NCBI GenBank assembly: GCA_963758525.1
Contig: CAVWVQ010000003.1
Location: forward strand, 256,001-320,000
Length of the DNA: 64,000 nucleotides
Reading direction: 5' to 3'
From: an uncultured Phycisphaerales bacterium
GTDB taxonomy: Bacteria; Planctomycetota; Phycisphaerae; Tepidisphaerales; Tepidisphaeraceae
Below are positions 1 through 10,393 of this stretch, one piece after another. Made by a program: the position numbers and the translations under genes. The notes under the pieces are model-generated. The model searched no databases, was not told the origin of the DNA, and saw only the letters and a list, made by a program, of their open reading frames with translations. The stretch's first letter is position 1. Every line of letters starts with the position of its first letter.

Positions 1-86
1 CCTCGCGGACGAGCCGGATTGCGGTCGGACCGCCTTTCGGACGGACGCCGTGCGGAAGGACCGCCTTGCGGACCGCCTGTCTTTTC

Positions 87-174
87 CCCCTCCCCTGGTA
101 CTCGGGGTGGGGGCGCGTCCGTCGCCTGCGCGGAACCCCCACCCTAACCGTCCCCCGGAGTACCAGGGGAGGGG
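87..174. repeat. REP-like palindromic element (CCCCTCCCCTGGTACTC family)
   Basis: Perfect 17-bp inverted repeat CCCCTCCCCTGGTACTC (87-103) / GAGTACCAGGGGAGGGG (158-174); relatives at 2231-2348, 16467-16488 and 41410-41448. Confidence 0.8.
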
Positions 175-192
175 ACCGTTCGGACAAGCCGA

Positions 193-2472
193 TCAATTCC
201 GCGGGCTTGCCATTACGAACGGCACGCGCCGACCGTTCTGATCGTTGGGAGCTTCCTGCAATATCCTGTCCGACATCGCCGGAATCTTCCAGTAGGTGTC
301 ATGAAACCGCTTTAGCTCGCCGGGGTCAACGATCACACGCGCACCATGGGGAATCGGGCCGCCGTTCCAGTCTTCGATCAGATCGCCTTCATTCGTTCTT
401 ACATCAAACACGGTCCGGTAGTGTAATTGCGACATGGGAATTGTGTAAAAAAAAGCCTTGGCGTCGCCAATCAGCACGACGCTCTGTCCGGGAGACAGGC
501 CGTCCAGATAGTTCGCTTCCAGGCCGCTGATGTCCTGCACGCCTAGCAATCCAACCGTCGGCTGCACCAGCGGCGACTCCCTTCCCCCGTGGAGAAGCGT
601 GCTGATGTCGTGATGAAGCCGGACTCCGCTCATACTGGCAGCGCCCAGCACAATAAGAAGGACCAACGCGGCGAGCGCCGGCCGATCGACCTGCGCGATC
701 AGCCACGCGCAGACCGGCAGCGCCAGCACGAAGAATCGGCCCTCCAGGTGCGTGGCAAACAACCAGAACAGGGCTGTCGCGAGAAACATCCCGGCAAACA
801 CGACCGTGAGGCGCCGGCGCCAGGCGATCGCCGCGGCGATCACTCCGAGCGGGATCAGCACGTATCCGTACTGCCTGCTTCCCAGAATCTCCGACGCGCC
901 GGCGTGCAGCCGCGCGGAAAGATTTCGCTGATCGGGTCGCGCGGAGTGGGCACGCTGCCAGCGTTCGATCTGCACGGGCGTGAAGTTGCCGGGACCGAGC
1001 AGTGTCGTCGCCTGGGGGAAGACGGGGTTGCCCGCCCATCGCTCGTTGCGAATGAGCCAGGGGGAGAAGACCAGCAAGCCCACCGCCAGAAAGATTGATG
1101 CCGCCCGGGCCGACCTCCAGAACGGTTCACGCCTGACGCCGATCAGAAAGATCCCGCAAAGAATCGTCATCGCGACGAGCACCTGGGGGACGGCTGTCAG
1201 CTTCGCGCCACAGGCGAATCCCGCGAACGCGCCGCCGATGACCAGTCCGCGATTGCGACCCGCATCGTCCGAAACGGCACGGCAGACCCATGCGATAGCG
1301 AGCGTCCCGAACAGAAGAAATCCCCCCTCGTCGTAAGCGACGGGCGCAAGCTGCGTGAGCCACGGGACCGTGGCGACCGCAAGAGCCGCCGTGATTGCGG
1401 GAAGCGCGCTGGAATTTGCGTCTGTCGTTTCTCCGCCGGCGCTGCCCAATGAGCTTCGGGTTGGAGCAAGCGTCTTGTCCGTCGGAGAGACATCCCCGTG
1501 GCGCGGGCTTCCAGCCCGCGTTGAGTGCGTGGTACCGGAGAGAACCGTTGATATCAAATCTTTCCCCTGTTTTGAGCCATCCGCTCGGGCAGGATGCCCG
1601 TGCCACTGGACAGGGGCGAGTTGACTGGCGCTCTGAAGCCGGCGCGTCGTGATCTCAAGTGCAAATGCGTAGACGGCAACCACAAACAGCGCGATGAACG
1701 CGAGGTGCACGAGCTGCGCGAGAAACATCGCCGCCCACGGACCGGCGCAGAGGTGCATCGCGAGCAGATAGTGCATCTCGACGTTCAACGGGAAGAACGA
1801 AAAGACGTTGTGGGGCAACGGGATGATCCGGCCCGCCTCGAACCATTCGCGGGGGACTTGCAGGTGATATTCGACGACGTCGTAGAAACTCGGGTCGCCG
1901 TCGCGCCAGAGAATTCCGGACGGAAGCATTGCGGCGACGAGTGCGATAGCCGCGAACGGACAAACGCTGATCCACAGCCAGTTCCAGCCGGCAGGTTCAT
2001 TTAACCAGGCCATGCAGTCGGCGAAATCGATTTTCAGTCTGAAAAGACAGAGTACCGCGAGCACAATTCCCCCGCAGATCATCCCGACCGCGCTTCCATG
2101 ATGCAAAAGGCCCGCGAGGCCGAGACCGAGCGTGAGAAGACTCATGGCTCCCAGCCCCATCGAGATCGAGGAGACAAGCCTCAGCAGACCCGACGCGGTC
2201 TGGAAAACCCGCTCGGACCCCGGTGGATTGCCCCCTCTCGCGCTACTTCGAGAGAGGGTCGGAGTGAGGGTGATTTTGGACGCCGGCGGCCGTTGGTGCT
2301 CGAAATCACCCTCACCCCTGCCCTCTCCCGGAGCACCGGGAGAGGGGGTGGCTCGCCGAAAATTTTGAAACGCGCTCTCAATCGACAGCAGCAAAAATCC
2401 CCCGATGCCGGCGGCGGCGATCAGCCAGGCGACGAGCATTGCGCCGTCTGTCAGTAATCGGAAGAGCACCAC
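193..2472 (-). CDS. Polytopic membrane protein, GT-C/ArnT(GT39)-like, with two in-frame palindromic insertions
   Basis: 759-aa ORF, many TM segments, motifs YDVVEYHL, FFPLNVEM, GFACGAKLT, PWLIRN..GNPVFP. Confidence 0.65.
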   Translation of the reverse strand: MVLFRLLTDGAMLVAWLIAAAGIGGFLLLSIESAFQNFRRATPSPGAPGEGRGEGDFEHQRPPASKITLTPTLSRSSARGGNPPGSERVFQTASGLLRLVSSISMGLGAMSLLTLGLGLAGLLHHGSAVGMICGGIVLAVLCLFRLKIDFADCMAWLNEPAGWNWLWISVCPFAAIALVAAMLPSGILWRDGDPSFYDVVEYHLQVPREWFEAGRIIPLPHNVFSFFPLNVEMHYLLAMHLCAGPWAAMFLAQLVHLAFIALFVVAVYAFALEITTRRLQSASQLAPVQWHGHPARADGSKQGKDLISTVLSGTTHSTRAGSPRHGDVSPTDKTLAPTRSSLGSAGGETTDANSSALPAITAALAVATVPWLTQLAPVAYDEGGFLLFGTLAIAWVCRAVSDDAGRNRGLVIGGAFAGFACGAKLTAVPQVLVAMTILCGIFLIGVRREPFWRSARAASIFLAVGLLVFSPWLIRNERWAGNPVFPQATTLLGPGNFTPVQIERWQRAHSARPDQRNLSARLHAGASEILGSRQYGYVLIPLGVIAAAIAWRRRLTVVFAGMFLATALFWLFATHLEGRFFVLALPVCAWLIAQVDRPALAALVLLIVLGAASMSGVRLHHDISTLLHGGRESPLVQPTVGLLGVQDISGLEANYLDGLSPGQSVVLIGDAKAFFYTIPMSQLHYRTVFDVRTNEGDLIEDWNGGPIPHGARVIVDPGELKRFHDTYWKIPAMSDRILQEAPNDQNGRRVPFVMASPRN
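1498..1606. repeat. REP doublet inside CDS
   Basis: GTGGCGCGGGCTTCCAGCCCGCG (1498-1520) and inverted CTCGGGCAGGATGCCCGTGCCAC (1584-1606); same family as intergenic copies at 9053-9225 and 17842-18011. Confidence 0.75.
2231..2348. repeat. CCCTCTCCC-type palindromic element inside CDS
   Basis: CCCCCTCTC..GAGAGGG..GTGAGGGTGATTT / AAATCACCCTCAC..CCCTCTCCCGG..CCGGGAGAGGGGG nested hairpins. Confidence 0.75.
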
Positions 2473-2561
2473 CGGAGCGTTTGGCCCGGCGTAAGCGAGA
2501 GCACCAGCAGAACGATGACGATGAACGCGAAGATCAGAGCGAGCCGGCTGCGGGGCAACGG

Positions 2562-3903
2562 TTAGCCTTTCGTGTCTTCGCTTTCGGAGGGTTTGGGGCC
2601 GTCGATCTTGTCGATCTTCTCGTCGCGGGGTGCGCCAGCGTCCAACTGAAAGAGCTTCTCGAGCGCATGAAGGTACTGCACGTTGGGAGAATGGTCGGCG
2701 TTGCGGAGCGTGTGCATTGGATCGTGCAGCAGCTTGTTGACGATTCGCCGGGTGAGTTCCTCCAGATGCGAGCGCTCGACCGCGGAAATGCCGGGGAGCT
2801 TGTGCAACGTGCGATTCAACTCTTCCTGAGCCAGGCCATGGTAGCGATCGTACAGGCGCTGAATCGTCGGGCCCATCTCCCGCTGGCGATGCCAGAGAGA
2901 GAATTCCTCGACCTGCTTGAGCACGATTTCGCGGGCCGACGAGAAGGCGTCCTGCCGCTGCGTACGGGTGTTGAGCACGACGCTCTGCAGATCATCGAGA
3001 TTGTAAAGATAAACGTGGTCCAGCTCCCCCACCGCCGGCTCGACGTCGCGGGGAAATGCGATATCGATGATGAAGATCGGACGGTAGCGCCGGCGCTTCA
3101 GGATGGAATCAAACTGCGCGCGGGTGACAACGGGCTGCTCGAGCGCCGGTGGAAGTGACCACGATGTCGGCGGCAACGAGATGGTCGGCCAACTGCTCGA
3201 AGGGTACGGGCCGGCCCTTGAATTTGGCCGCCAGTGTCTGGGCGCGGTCGGCGCCGCGATTACAGATGAGCAGATTGCCGGGCGAGAGTGCGGCGAACGC
3301 CTGCAGGACGAGGCCGGCCATTTTCCCGCCCCCGACGCAGAGAACGGTTTTGTCATCGAAACGCTCGAAGATCTGACGGGCGTAATCCACCGCTACGCTG
3401 GCGACGCTCACGCGTCCCTCCGCCAGCGGCGTCTCATGGATGATCTGCTTCCCGACGGCCAGCGCCCGCTGGAAGAGCGGGTTGAGCAAAGCGCCCGCCA
3501 TTTGCAGGCGCGTGGCGGCTTCGTATGCCTCGCGCACCTGGCCGAGGATCTGCGTCTCGCCAAGCACCATCGAATCGAGAGAGGATGTGACGGAAAAGAG
3601 ATGCTCCACCACTTCGCGGTTGGATTTTCGATACATGTGCGGCTCGACGTCACCGGGCGGCAGCCCGTGCGAATCGGCCAGAAACGCGATCAGATCCGTC
3701 GGCGTCGGCCGGTCGTGGACGGGGCGCGCGGCGTAGAGCTCGACGCGGTTGCAAGTCGAAAGGATCACCGCCTCGCAGCCCGGGAAACGCTCTTTGAACT
3801 TCTCCAGCGCGGTCTGCCGGGCGGCTGAACTAAACGCGAGCCGTTCGCGCACTTCCAGCGGCGCGGTGGTGTGATTGAGTCCCAGCAGGAGCAGTCGCTG
3901 CAT
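2562..3903 (-). CDS. hemA: Glutamyl-tRNA reductase (frameshift near 3140)
   Basis: GLNHTTAPLEVRERLAF, LSTCNRVE, SLDSMVLGETQILGQV in ORF 3109-3903; IDIAFPRDVEP and NKLLHDP in ORF 2562-3356. Confidence 0.93.
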
Positions 3904-3908
3904 CGAAG

Positions 3909-4733
3909 TTACCGTCCGCCTCCGGGGGTGAACTGCAGGGCGACCAGCGTGCCGATGAGAAGCACGAAGCCGAGCACGCTGAGCATTGCCGCGCGTCGCC
4001 CGCGGAAGACGGGGTTCATCGGCGCGTGCAGCACGAGCGCAAAGACGAGCCAGGCGGCAAAGGCCAGCCAGACCTTCGGACTTTCATACCAGCGGGAAGG
4101 GCTGGTGCTGCTGCCATGCGTATCGAAAGCGAGGACAAATCCGGTGATGAGTCCGACCGTCAGCAGTGGAAATCCCAAGCCGACGGAAACACGCGTGAAA
4201 TGTTCGAGGCGTTCAAGGCTGCCCAGAGGGGCCGGGCGCTTGCTGCGCAGCCGCCGGTCGGCAATGAGATACATCGCCCCTACCGCGGCAGCGACCGCGA
4301 AGGCGGCGGTCCCGCCAAACGCAGTGAACAGGTGAATCGACGACCAGACCGTGCCGACGTACTCGTGCGGTTTGGCCCGCCCGAAGATCGCTGCAGCAAC
4401 CAGCAGCATTCCGACAATCGGCAGGATGAACCAGTCGAGCCCGCGGAGGGGATGGACGCGTTGCGTGTAGGCGACGAAGAGCGCCAGCAGCAGCGCGAGC
4501 CAGACGAGGGCATCGAAATTGTCGGCAAGGGGCAGCCAGCTTCCGCGGCGCGCGGAGTGCCAGACGAGCACGCCGAGGCCGAATGCAATTCCCCCGTAGA
4601 AGCATGCCTTGGCAGGAATGCGGTATCGATCGCCGGCCCAGAGGCGCAACAGGGAGAGCACTTCGGCGGCGACGAACATCGCGACGGCGGCGAAGAGCAG
4701 CATGAGCTGGCCGAGGGTGGGAATCTCAGGCAT
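3909..4733 (-). CDS. ccsA: Cytochrome c biogenesis CcsA-like membrane protein
   Basis: About 8 TM segments, SLERLE, GFPLLTVGLITG, W..SPK motif; usual position between sirC and hemA; ATG at 4733. Confidence 0.75.
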   Translation of the reverse strand: MPEIPTLGQLMLLFAAVAMFVAAEVLSLLRLWAGDRYRIPAKACFYGGIAFGLGVLVWHSARRGSWLPLADNFDALVWLALLLALFVAYTQRVHPLRGLDWFILPIVGMLLVAAAIFGRAKPHEYVGTVWSSIHLFTAFGGTAAFAVAAAVGAMYLIADRRLRSKRPAPLGSLERLEHFTRVSVGLGFPLLTVGLITGFVLAFDTHGSSTSPSRWYESPKVWLAFAAWLVFALVLHAPMNPVFRGRRAAMLSVLGFVLLIGTLVALQFTPGGGR

Positions 4734-5357
4734 TCTTAAATTCCGGGTAACGCTCGCAAAGCCAGGCGAGCACGCCGGGCAGTCCCTGGTCGGCGCGGGC
4801 GATCGCCTCGTCGCCAGCCAGCGCACGCAGGACCTCGGTGCGCCGTCCCCCGTCATTCGCAAGGGTCTTGAGGACCATCGGCCGAAGGGTCTGCATCAAC
4901 TCCGCCATCACCGACCACCGCGGGTCAAATCGCTCCGCCAGGTCGTCGCGGATGGACGACGCCAATGCGGCGCTGCCGGCGGAAACGCTCACCACCACCG
5001 GCCCTTCACGAAAATGAGCCGGCGTTGTGAAATCGCCCGGCTCGGCGTCATCGCTGTCGGCCCGGGCAACCAGTATTCCGCGGCGACGCGCATCCCGCAC
5101 CACCGCATCGTTCACGTCCTGCCGATCCGTCGCGGCAAAGACGAGCGTGGCCCCGTCGAGATGGCGTGTTTCGTAGCTTTCCATCACTTTCTCGACGCAA
5201 GCCGGGATTGCCGCATCAAACGCCGGCGCAACGATCCGCACCCGCGTGGCCCCCGCCTTCACAACCCCACGCGCTTTTGCGCGGCGACCCCGCCGCCGCC
5301 GATAATAACGATCAGCCGGTCAGTCACATCCAACATCAGCGGATAGGCATAACGCAC
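4726..5357 (-). CDS. Precorrin-2 dehydrogenase/sirohydrochlorin ferrochelatase (CysG N-terminal type; frameshift near 5280)
   Basis: YPLMLDVTDRLIVIIGGGGVA read from GTG 5357; LVFAATD..VN and GDFTTPA in ORF 4726-5262. Confidence 0.85.
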
Positions 5358-5449
5358 GGAACTCGCAATCGTATCGCCCCGGGCAAAGGCGGTCCAACCG
5401 CGGGGAGCGTAGATTGCCGCGTCAGGACAATGAACCGTACAATCTGCGA

Positions 5450-5776
5450 ATGGTGCAGGCCGATCCCAAGTTCATTTCCGTTGATCCCGATGTTCAAGGC
5501 GGCACCCCCTGCTTCACCGGAACGCGGGTACCCGTGCGATCATTGTTCGACGCCCTGAAAAGAGATCGATCCGTCGATTACTTCCTTTCGCAGTTTCCGT
5601 CAGTCACGCGAGCGCAAGTTGAGGGCGTGCTCGATCATGCCAGCCGAGTGGTTTCAGCCCGCGGGACACGCAGCGTGAAAGTGCTGCTCGATGAAAACCT
5701 GCCACACGATCTGCGTCATCATCTTCATGGACAGTCCTGCAGGCGCGCCTGCAGCAGATTTCTCCCAGCTCAATAG
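5450..5776 (+). CDS. DUF433 antitoxin-like protein running into a truncated DUF5615/PIN-like toxin N-terminus
   Basis: ISVDPDVQGGTPCFTGTRVPV..FLSQFPSVTRAQV, then VKVLLDENLPHDL. Confidence 0.7.
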   Translation: MVQADPKFISVDPDVQGGTPCFTGTRVPVRSLFDALKRDRSVDYFLSQFPSVTRAQVEGVLDHASRVVSARGTRSVKVLLDENLPHDLRHHLHGQSCRRACSRFLPAQ

Positions 5777-5991
5777 CGAGGGTGGCTTGAAGTTTCGGAC
5801 GATGCAGCTTCGGCCGCACACGAGGGCACACGAAGCCTCCGTGACGAATGATGGTTGACCTCTATAAATCCGACCTTGCGTTATCATTGACGCCTGCCCG
5901 TACGCTTCGGAGGATTCTAAAACGGAAAGGGAGCATGGTGCCGGATGGGCGGTGACGAGCGGGGCAGAAAAAAAACCTGGCGGAAGCGCGC

Positions 5992-7935
5992 GTGGAGAAT
6001 TCGCTGGACGGTGCTGGCGCCGTGCGCGCTCGGGCGCTGCTTCTGCTGCTGCTCCCGACGATCTTATGGGCGCGTGCCGGCGGCGGCGAAGGTTACTCCG
6101 GCGGCGGAGGTGATGGTGGCGGCGGCGGAGGTGGAGGCGGTGGGCACGGCGGCGGGTTCATCGTCTATCTGTTGATTCGTCTCGTGTTCGAGCACCCTGT
6201 GATCGGAATTCCGTTGGTCATCTTCCTCCTCTTTCTGCTCTATCAGGGCGGGCAGCAGGGAACCAATGCCTATCAGGGCAATGTCATTCGGCGCGGCGGT
6301 GAAGTCATCGACCAGCAGCAGTTCAACAGCACGGTGGCGATGATTCGCCAGCATGATCCGAATTTTGACAGCGAGGCGTTTTGCCAGCGGGTCAGGACGG
6401 CGTTTCTCAAAATTCAGCAGGCCTGGACCGCGCAGGACCTGGCCGCGGTGCGCGCGTTTATTTCCGACGGAGTGTACGAACGCTTTTCGCTGCAGTTTGC
6501 CGAACAGCGCGACGCGGGATATCGCGACATGATGGATAACGTTGCTGTTGAGGAGACGCGGGTCGCGGACATTTGCTCAGCCGGAGTGTTTGACGAGGTC
6601 TCGGTCCGTATCCGCGCTTCGGCATCCGACTATCGCGCGAGCCTCAAGGACGGGAAGCCTCTGAGCGGCAACCCGGGAAGCGTCGAGCCGTTTGTAGAAG
6701 TCTGGTCGTTTCTCCGCAAGCGCGGGGCGATCACCGATGTGAGCAAAACGGGATTGATCGAGGGGAATTGCCCCAACTGCGGCGCGCCGATCGAGATGAA
6801 CCAGACGGCCAACTGCCAGCGGTGCAAGGCGGAGCTGCGCAGCGGCGAATACGACTGGGTGCTGGGCGAAATCACGCAGGAATCGGAATGGCATCGAACC
6901 GACGTGCAGGATATCCCAGGGCTCCAGAGTCTGCGGCGGCAGGACCCTGGTTTTGACGCGCTCGCGATCGAAGATCGCGCGTCGGTGATCTTCTGGCGAC
7001 GGGCAGCCGCTGACCGCACCGGCAAGATCGATCCGCTGCGCAAAGTGGCGTCGGAAGAATTCTGCCAGGCGTACGCGACGGCGCTGCGCCCGGCGCCGAC
7101 GCGCCAATGACGATCCGGGACTGCGCCGTTGGAAGTGTTCGGATGCTCGGCTTCCTTCCCGGCGGGAGTGATTCGCCGTTTGAGCGGGTATTGGTGGAAA
7201 TCCGCTGGTCGGGCCAGGGGACGCGGGGAGCCGTCATCGGCCGCTCGCTGTTCGTGCTGGGGAGAAGCCCCGGGTCGCAAACCGATTCGGGGAAGAGCAT
7301 CTCGTCGGCTCATTGCCCCAATTGCGGCGCGCCCGACGCGGGCGGAACGAGCAACGCCTGCGAATACTGCAATACGACACTGAACGACGGCAAGCATGGA
7401 TGGATTCTGCTGGAACTGGCGGCAATGTCTTCTCCGCGCCAGCGAGCTGCTGGCGATGCTGGATGATCGCCACGAAAGCGCGCCCGATGCCGTCGCGCCC
7501 GATGCCGTCGCGCGGGCTGGCGTGCTGCGACCGGCCAGCGACGCGGGCTTGCTGGCATGGGCGGTGAAAGCAGCGGCTGTTGACGGAGCGGTTGATCCAA
7601 CAGAACGCAGCGTCCTTCAGACTCTCGCGTCCCAGCGCGGGGTCCCGCCGGAGCAGCTCGAACAGATGATCGAAGCTGCGCTGCGAAACGACATGGATGT
7701 TCCCGAGCCCGCAAGCCGGGCGGAGGCGGAGGCGTGGCTCAGGGCAATGGCCACGATCGCGCTGGCCGACGGACAAATTACGAACGAGGAACTTTCGCTG
7801 CTGCGCATGCTGGGAACGAAGTTTGATCTGGGGGAATCCGATGTGAAGATGCTGCTGAAGCGCCTGCGCGGCGAACAATACACCCAGGCTGCCGCGGCGC
7901 TTCGCGACGGTCCGCAACCGCCATCGTTCAATTGA
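5992..7935 (+). CDS. Membrane protein with two TIM44-like domains, two Zn ribbons and a C-terminal TerB-like domain (split over three ORFs)
   Basis: RAGGGEGYSGG Gly-rich N-terminus plus TM; DPNFDSEAF..F..IQQAW; EVWSFLR; CPNCGAP..C..C twice; AAVDGAVDPTE and ALADGQITNEE. Confidence 0.7.
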
Positions 7936-7952
7936 AATTGAAGGAGATTCTT

Positions 7953-9053
7953 ATGGGCATTTTTGACAAGCTTCGCAACGAGCTGATCGACATCATCGAG
8001 TGGACCGACGACTCGTCCGATGCCATGGTCTACCGCTTCTACCGCTCCGACAACGAAATCAAGAACGGCGCGAAGCTCGTCGTGCGCGAGGGGCAGGCGG
8101 CGGCATTCGTCAACGAAGGGCAGCTGGCCGACGTCTTTCTGCCTGGAACGCACACGCTGACGACGCAAAACCTCCCGATCCTTTCGAAGCTCAAGGGATG
8201 GAAGTACGGCTTTGACAGCCCGTTCAAGGCGGAAGTCTATTTCGTCTCAACGCGCGTCTTTACCGACCGCAAATGGGGAACGAAGAATCCGATCATGCTG
8301 CGCGACGCCGAGTTCGGCATGGTCCGCCTCCGCGCGTTTGGAACATTTGCCGTGCGGGCAAAATATCCGCCCGTGCTGCTGCGCGAGCTGGTGGGAACCA
8401 ACGCGCACTTCACCGTGGACGACATCGAGGATCAACTGCGCGACCTGGTGACGTCGCGCTTTGCTGACGCGGTCGGATCGAGCAAGATTCCGGCGCTGGA
8501 TCTCGCCGGCAATTACAGTCAGCTTGCCGATTACGTCGTGCAGCGCATCCAGCCGGAATTCGCGGCACTGGGATTGGAGCTGGTCAAGCTGCTGATCGAA
8601 AACATCTCGCTGCCCAGCGAAGTGGAAGCCGCTATGGACAAGCGGACGAGCATGGGAGTGATCGGCAACATGGCCGCCTACACGCAGTACGAAGCCGCCA
8701 ACGCCCTGGGCGATGCCGCCCGCAACCCCGGCGGCCTCGGCGGCGCTGGCGCCGCGTTGGGTGCCGGCTACGTAATGGCGCAGCAGATGGGCAACGCGAT
8801 GAACGTGGCAAACACGTCCGCTGCCGCGGCTCCCCCGCCGCTCCCAAAGGAGACGGCGTACTTCATGGTGCTCGACGGAAAACAGGCCGGGCCGTTTTCG
8901 CAGACGCAGTTACAGGAGCACCTTGCCGGCGGACGTTTGACACGCGATACCTTGGTTTGGCAGGAAGGGATGACGCAATGGACAGCTGCCGGGAAGGTGC
9001 CCGCGCTAGCAACGTTGTTTGCAAGCGTCCCGCCGCCGGTGCCGCAGGGTTAG
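7953..9053 (+). CDS. SPFH/band-7 (YdjI-like) protein with C-terminal GYF_2 (DUF4339) domain
   Basis: IDIIEW, IKNGAKLVVREGQ, KWGTKNPI..RD.EFG.VRLRAFG; GPFS..L..TLVWQEGMTQW; AAGGAG RBS before ATG 7953. Confidence 0.85.
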   Translation: MGIFDKLRNELIDIIEWTDDSSDAMVYRFYRSDNEIKNGAKLVVREGQAAAFVNEGQLADVFLPGTHTLTTQNLPILSKLKGWKYGFDSPFKAEVYFVSTRVFTDRKWGTKNPIMLRDAEFGMVRLRAFGTFAVRAKYPPVLLRELVGTNAHFTVDDIEDQLRDLVTSRFADAVGSSKIPALDLAGNYSQLADYVVQRIQPEFAALGLELVKLLIENISLPSEVEAAMDKRTSMGVIGNMAAYTQYEAANALGDAARNPGGLGGAGAALGAGYVMAQQMGNAMNVANTSAAAAPPPLPKETAYFMVLDGKQAGPFSQTQLQEHLAGGRLTRDTLVWQEGMTQWTAAGKVPALATLFASVPPPVPQG

Positions 9054-9225
9054 TACCACGGGTTTCCAACCCGTGCAGACGGCGTGGTCAACGAACATCG
9101 CGATAATTGGTTCTGCCTGTACCTGACGCTTCCGGCACGGGTTGGAAACCCGTGGTACAAGCATCGCGGTAATTAATTCTGCCCGTAGCTGACGCATTCC
9201 AGCACGGGTTGGAAACCCGTGGTAC
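9053..9225. repeat. REP cluster (BIME/REPIN-like, three REPs)
   Basis: GTACCACGGGTTTCCAACCCGTG (9053-9075) and two exact inverted copies (9136-9158, 9203-9225) with duplicated linkers. Confidence 0.9.
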
Positions 9226-9255
9226 GGTGTGGATATGCCAGTTTCATGCGATGGA

Positions 9256-10368
9256 ATGCCGTCGATCCGGGTGGTGATCTGCTGGACGGACGTCAGCGGG
9301 TACATGGGCGCGTGCTGGCGGGAGCTGACGGCGCGCGCGGGAATCGATGTTTCCGTCATCGCGTTTACGCCGTCAGGCGGTGCGTCGCCAGCGCCGTTCG
9401 GCGCGGAAGTGATTAGCGGGGTGCGATGCCAGATGCTAAAGCCCCAGGAGCGGGACGAAGCGGATCGCGTTGCCGCGATGGTGATCGCGGAACGGCCTGA
9501 CGTCATCGTTCTGTGCGGCTGGGCGACCAAATCGTACGTGGCGCTGGCACAACATCCGGCCCTACAGCACTGCAAATTCATCCTCACGCTGGATACCCCA
9601 ATAAAGGAAAATCTTCGCCAGCGCGTCGGCAAGCAATGGATGCGCAGCTTTTTGCGGCGGATCGACGGGGCGATCGTCGCCGGCGAACGCAGCGCCGATC
9701 TGGCGGCGTATCTGGGAATTCCGCCTCGGCGGATCTGCAGGGGGATGTACGCGGTCGATGTGGACGCGATGGGAACGGCGGCGGAACTGCGCTCCGCGAA
9801 GGGCCAAGCGTGGCCCAGGCGATTTTTGTATGTCGGCCGCTACGCCCCGGAGAAGGGGATCGACACGTTGACCGCCGCTTATCGCAGCTATCGCAGCGCG
9901 GTGAGCGACCCGTGGACCCTCACTTGCTGCGGCAAGGGGGCTTTGCAGGTGTTGCTTCGCGACGCACCGGGGGTAAGCGATACGGGTTTCGTGCAACCTG
10001 GCGATCTGCCCCGCGTCATGGCGGAACACGGCGCGCTGATCCTTCCCAGTCGCTACGAACCGTGGGGCGCTGCCCTGGTCGAGGGGTGCGCGGCAGGTCT
10101 TCCGGTGATTGCCACCACCGCGTGCGGCGCAGCCCTCGACGTCGTGCGCGGGTTCCACAACGGACTGCTGATCAGTGATGGAGATGAAATCGGCCTGGCG
10201 CGGGCGATGCGGTGGATGCACGATCATCCCGATCGACTGGCCGAGATGGGAAGCCGCAGCCGGGAACTCGCGTCGGCGTTTTCCGCAGCGCGATGGGCCG
10301 ACCGCTGGCAGGATTTGATCGAGCAGCTTGTCGAAGTCCAAACGTCACCATCAAATTTGGTAGGATAG
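9256..10368 (+). CDS. Glycosyltransferase family 4
   Basis: FLYVGRYAPEKG, LPSRYEPWGAALVEGCAAGLPVI. Confidence 0.9.
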   Translation: MPSIRVVICWTDVSGYMGACWRELTARAGIDVSVIAFTPSGGASPAPFGAEVISGVRCQMLKPQERDEADRVAAMVIAERPDVIVLCGWATKSYVALAQHPALQHCKFILTLDTPIKENLRQRVGKQWMRSFLRRIDGAIVAGERSADLAAYLGIPPRRICRGMYAVDVDAMGTAAELRSAKGQAWPRRFLYVGRYAPEKGIDTLTAAYRSYRSAVSDPWTLTCCGKGALQVLLRDAPGVSDTGFVQPGDLPRVMAEHGALILPSRYEPWGAALVEGCAAGLPVIATTACGAALDVVRGFHNGLLISDGDEIGLARAMRWMHDHPDRLAEMGSRSRELASAFSAARWADRWQDLIEQLVEVQTSPSNLVG

Positions 10369-10393
10369 TCCAGCGATTGGGAAGGAGAAGCCG

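Noticed and set aside
9053..9225. Possible mini-CRISPR of 23-bp repeats
   Set aside because: The first copy is inverted and the linkers are homologous to each other, which fits a REP cluster
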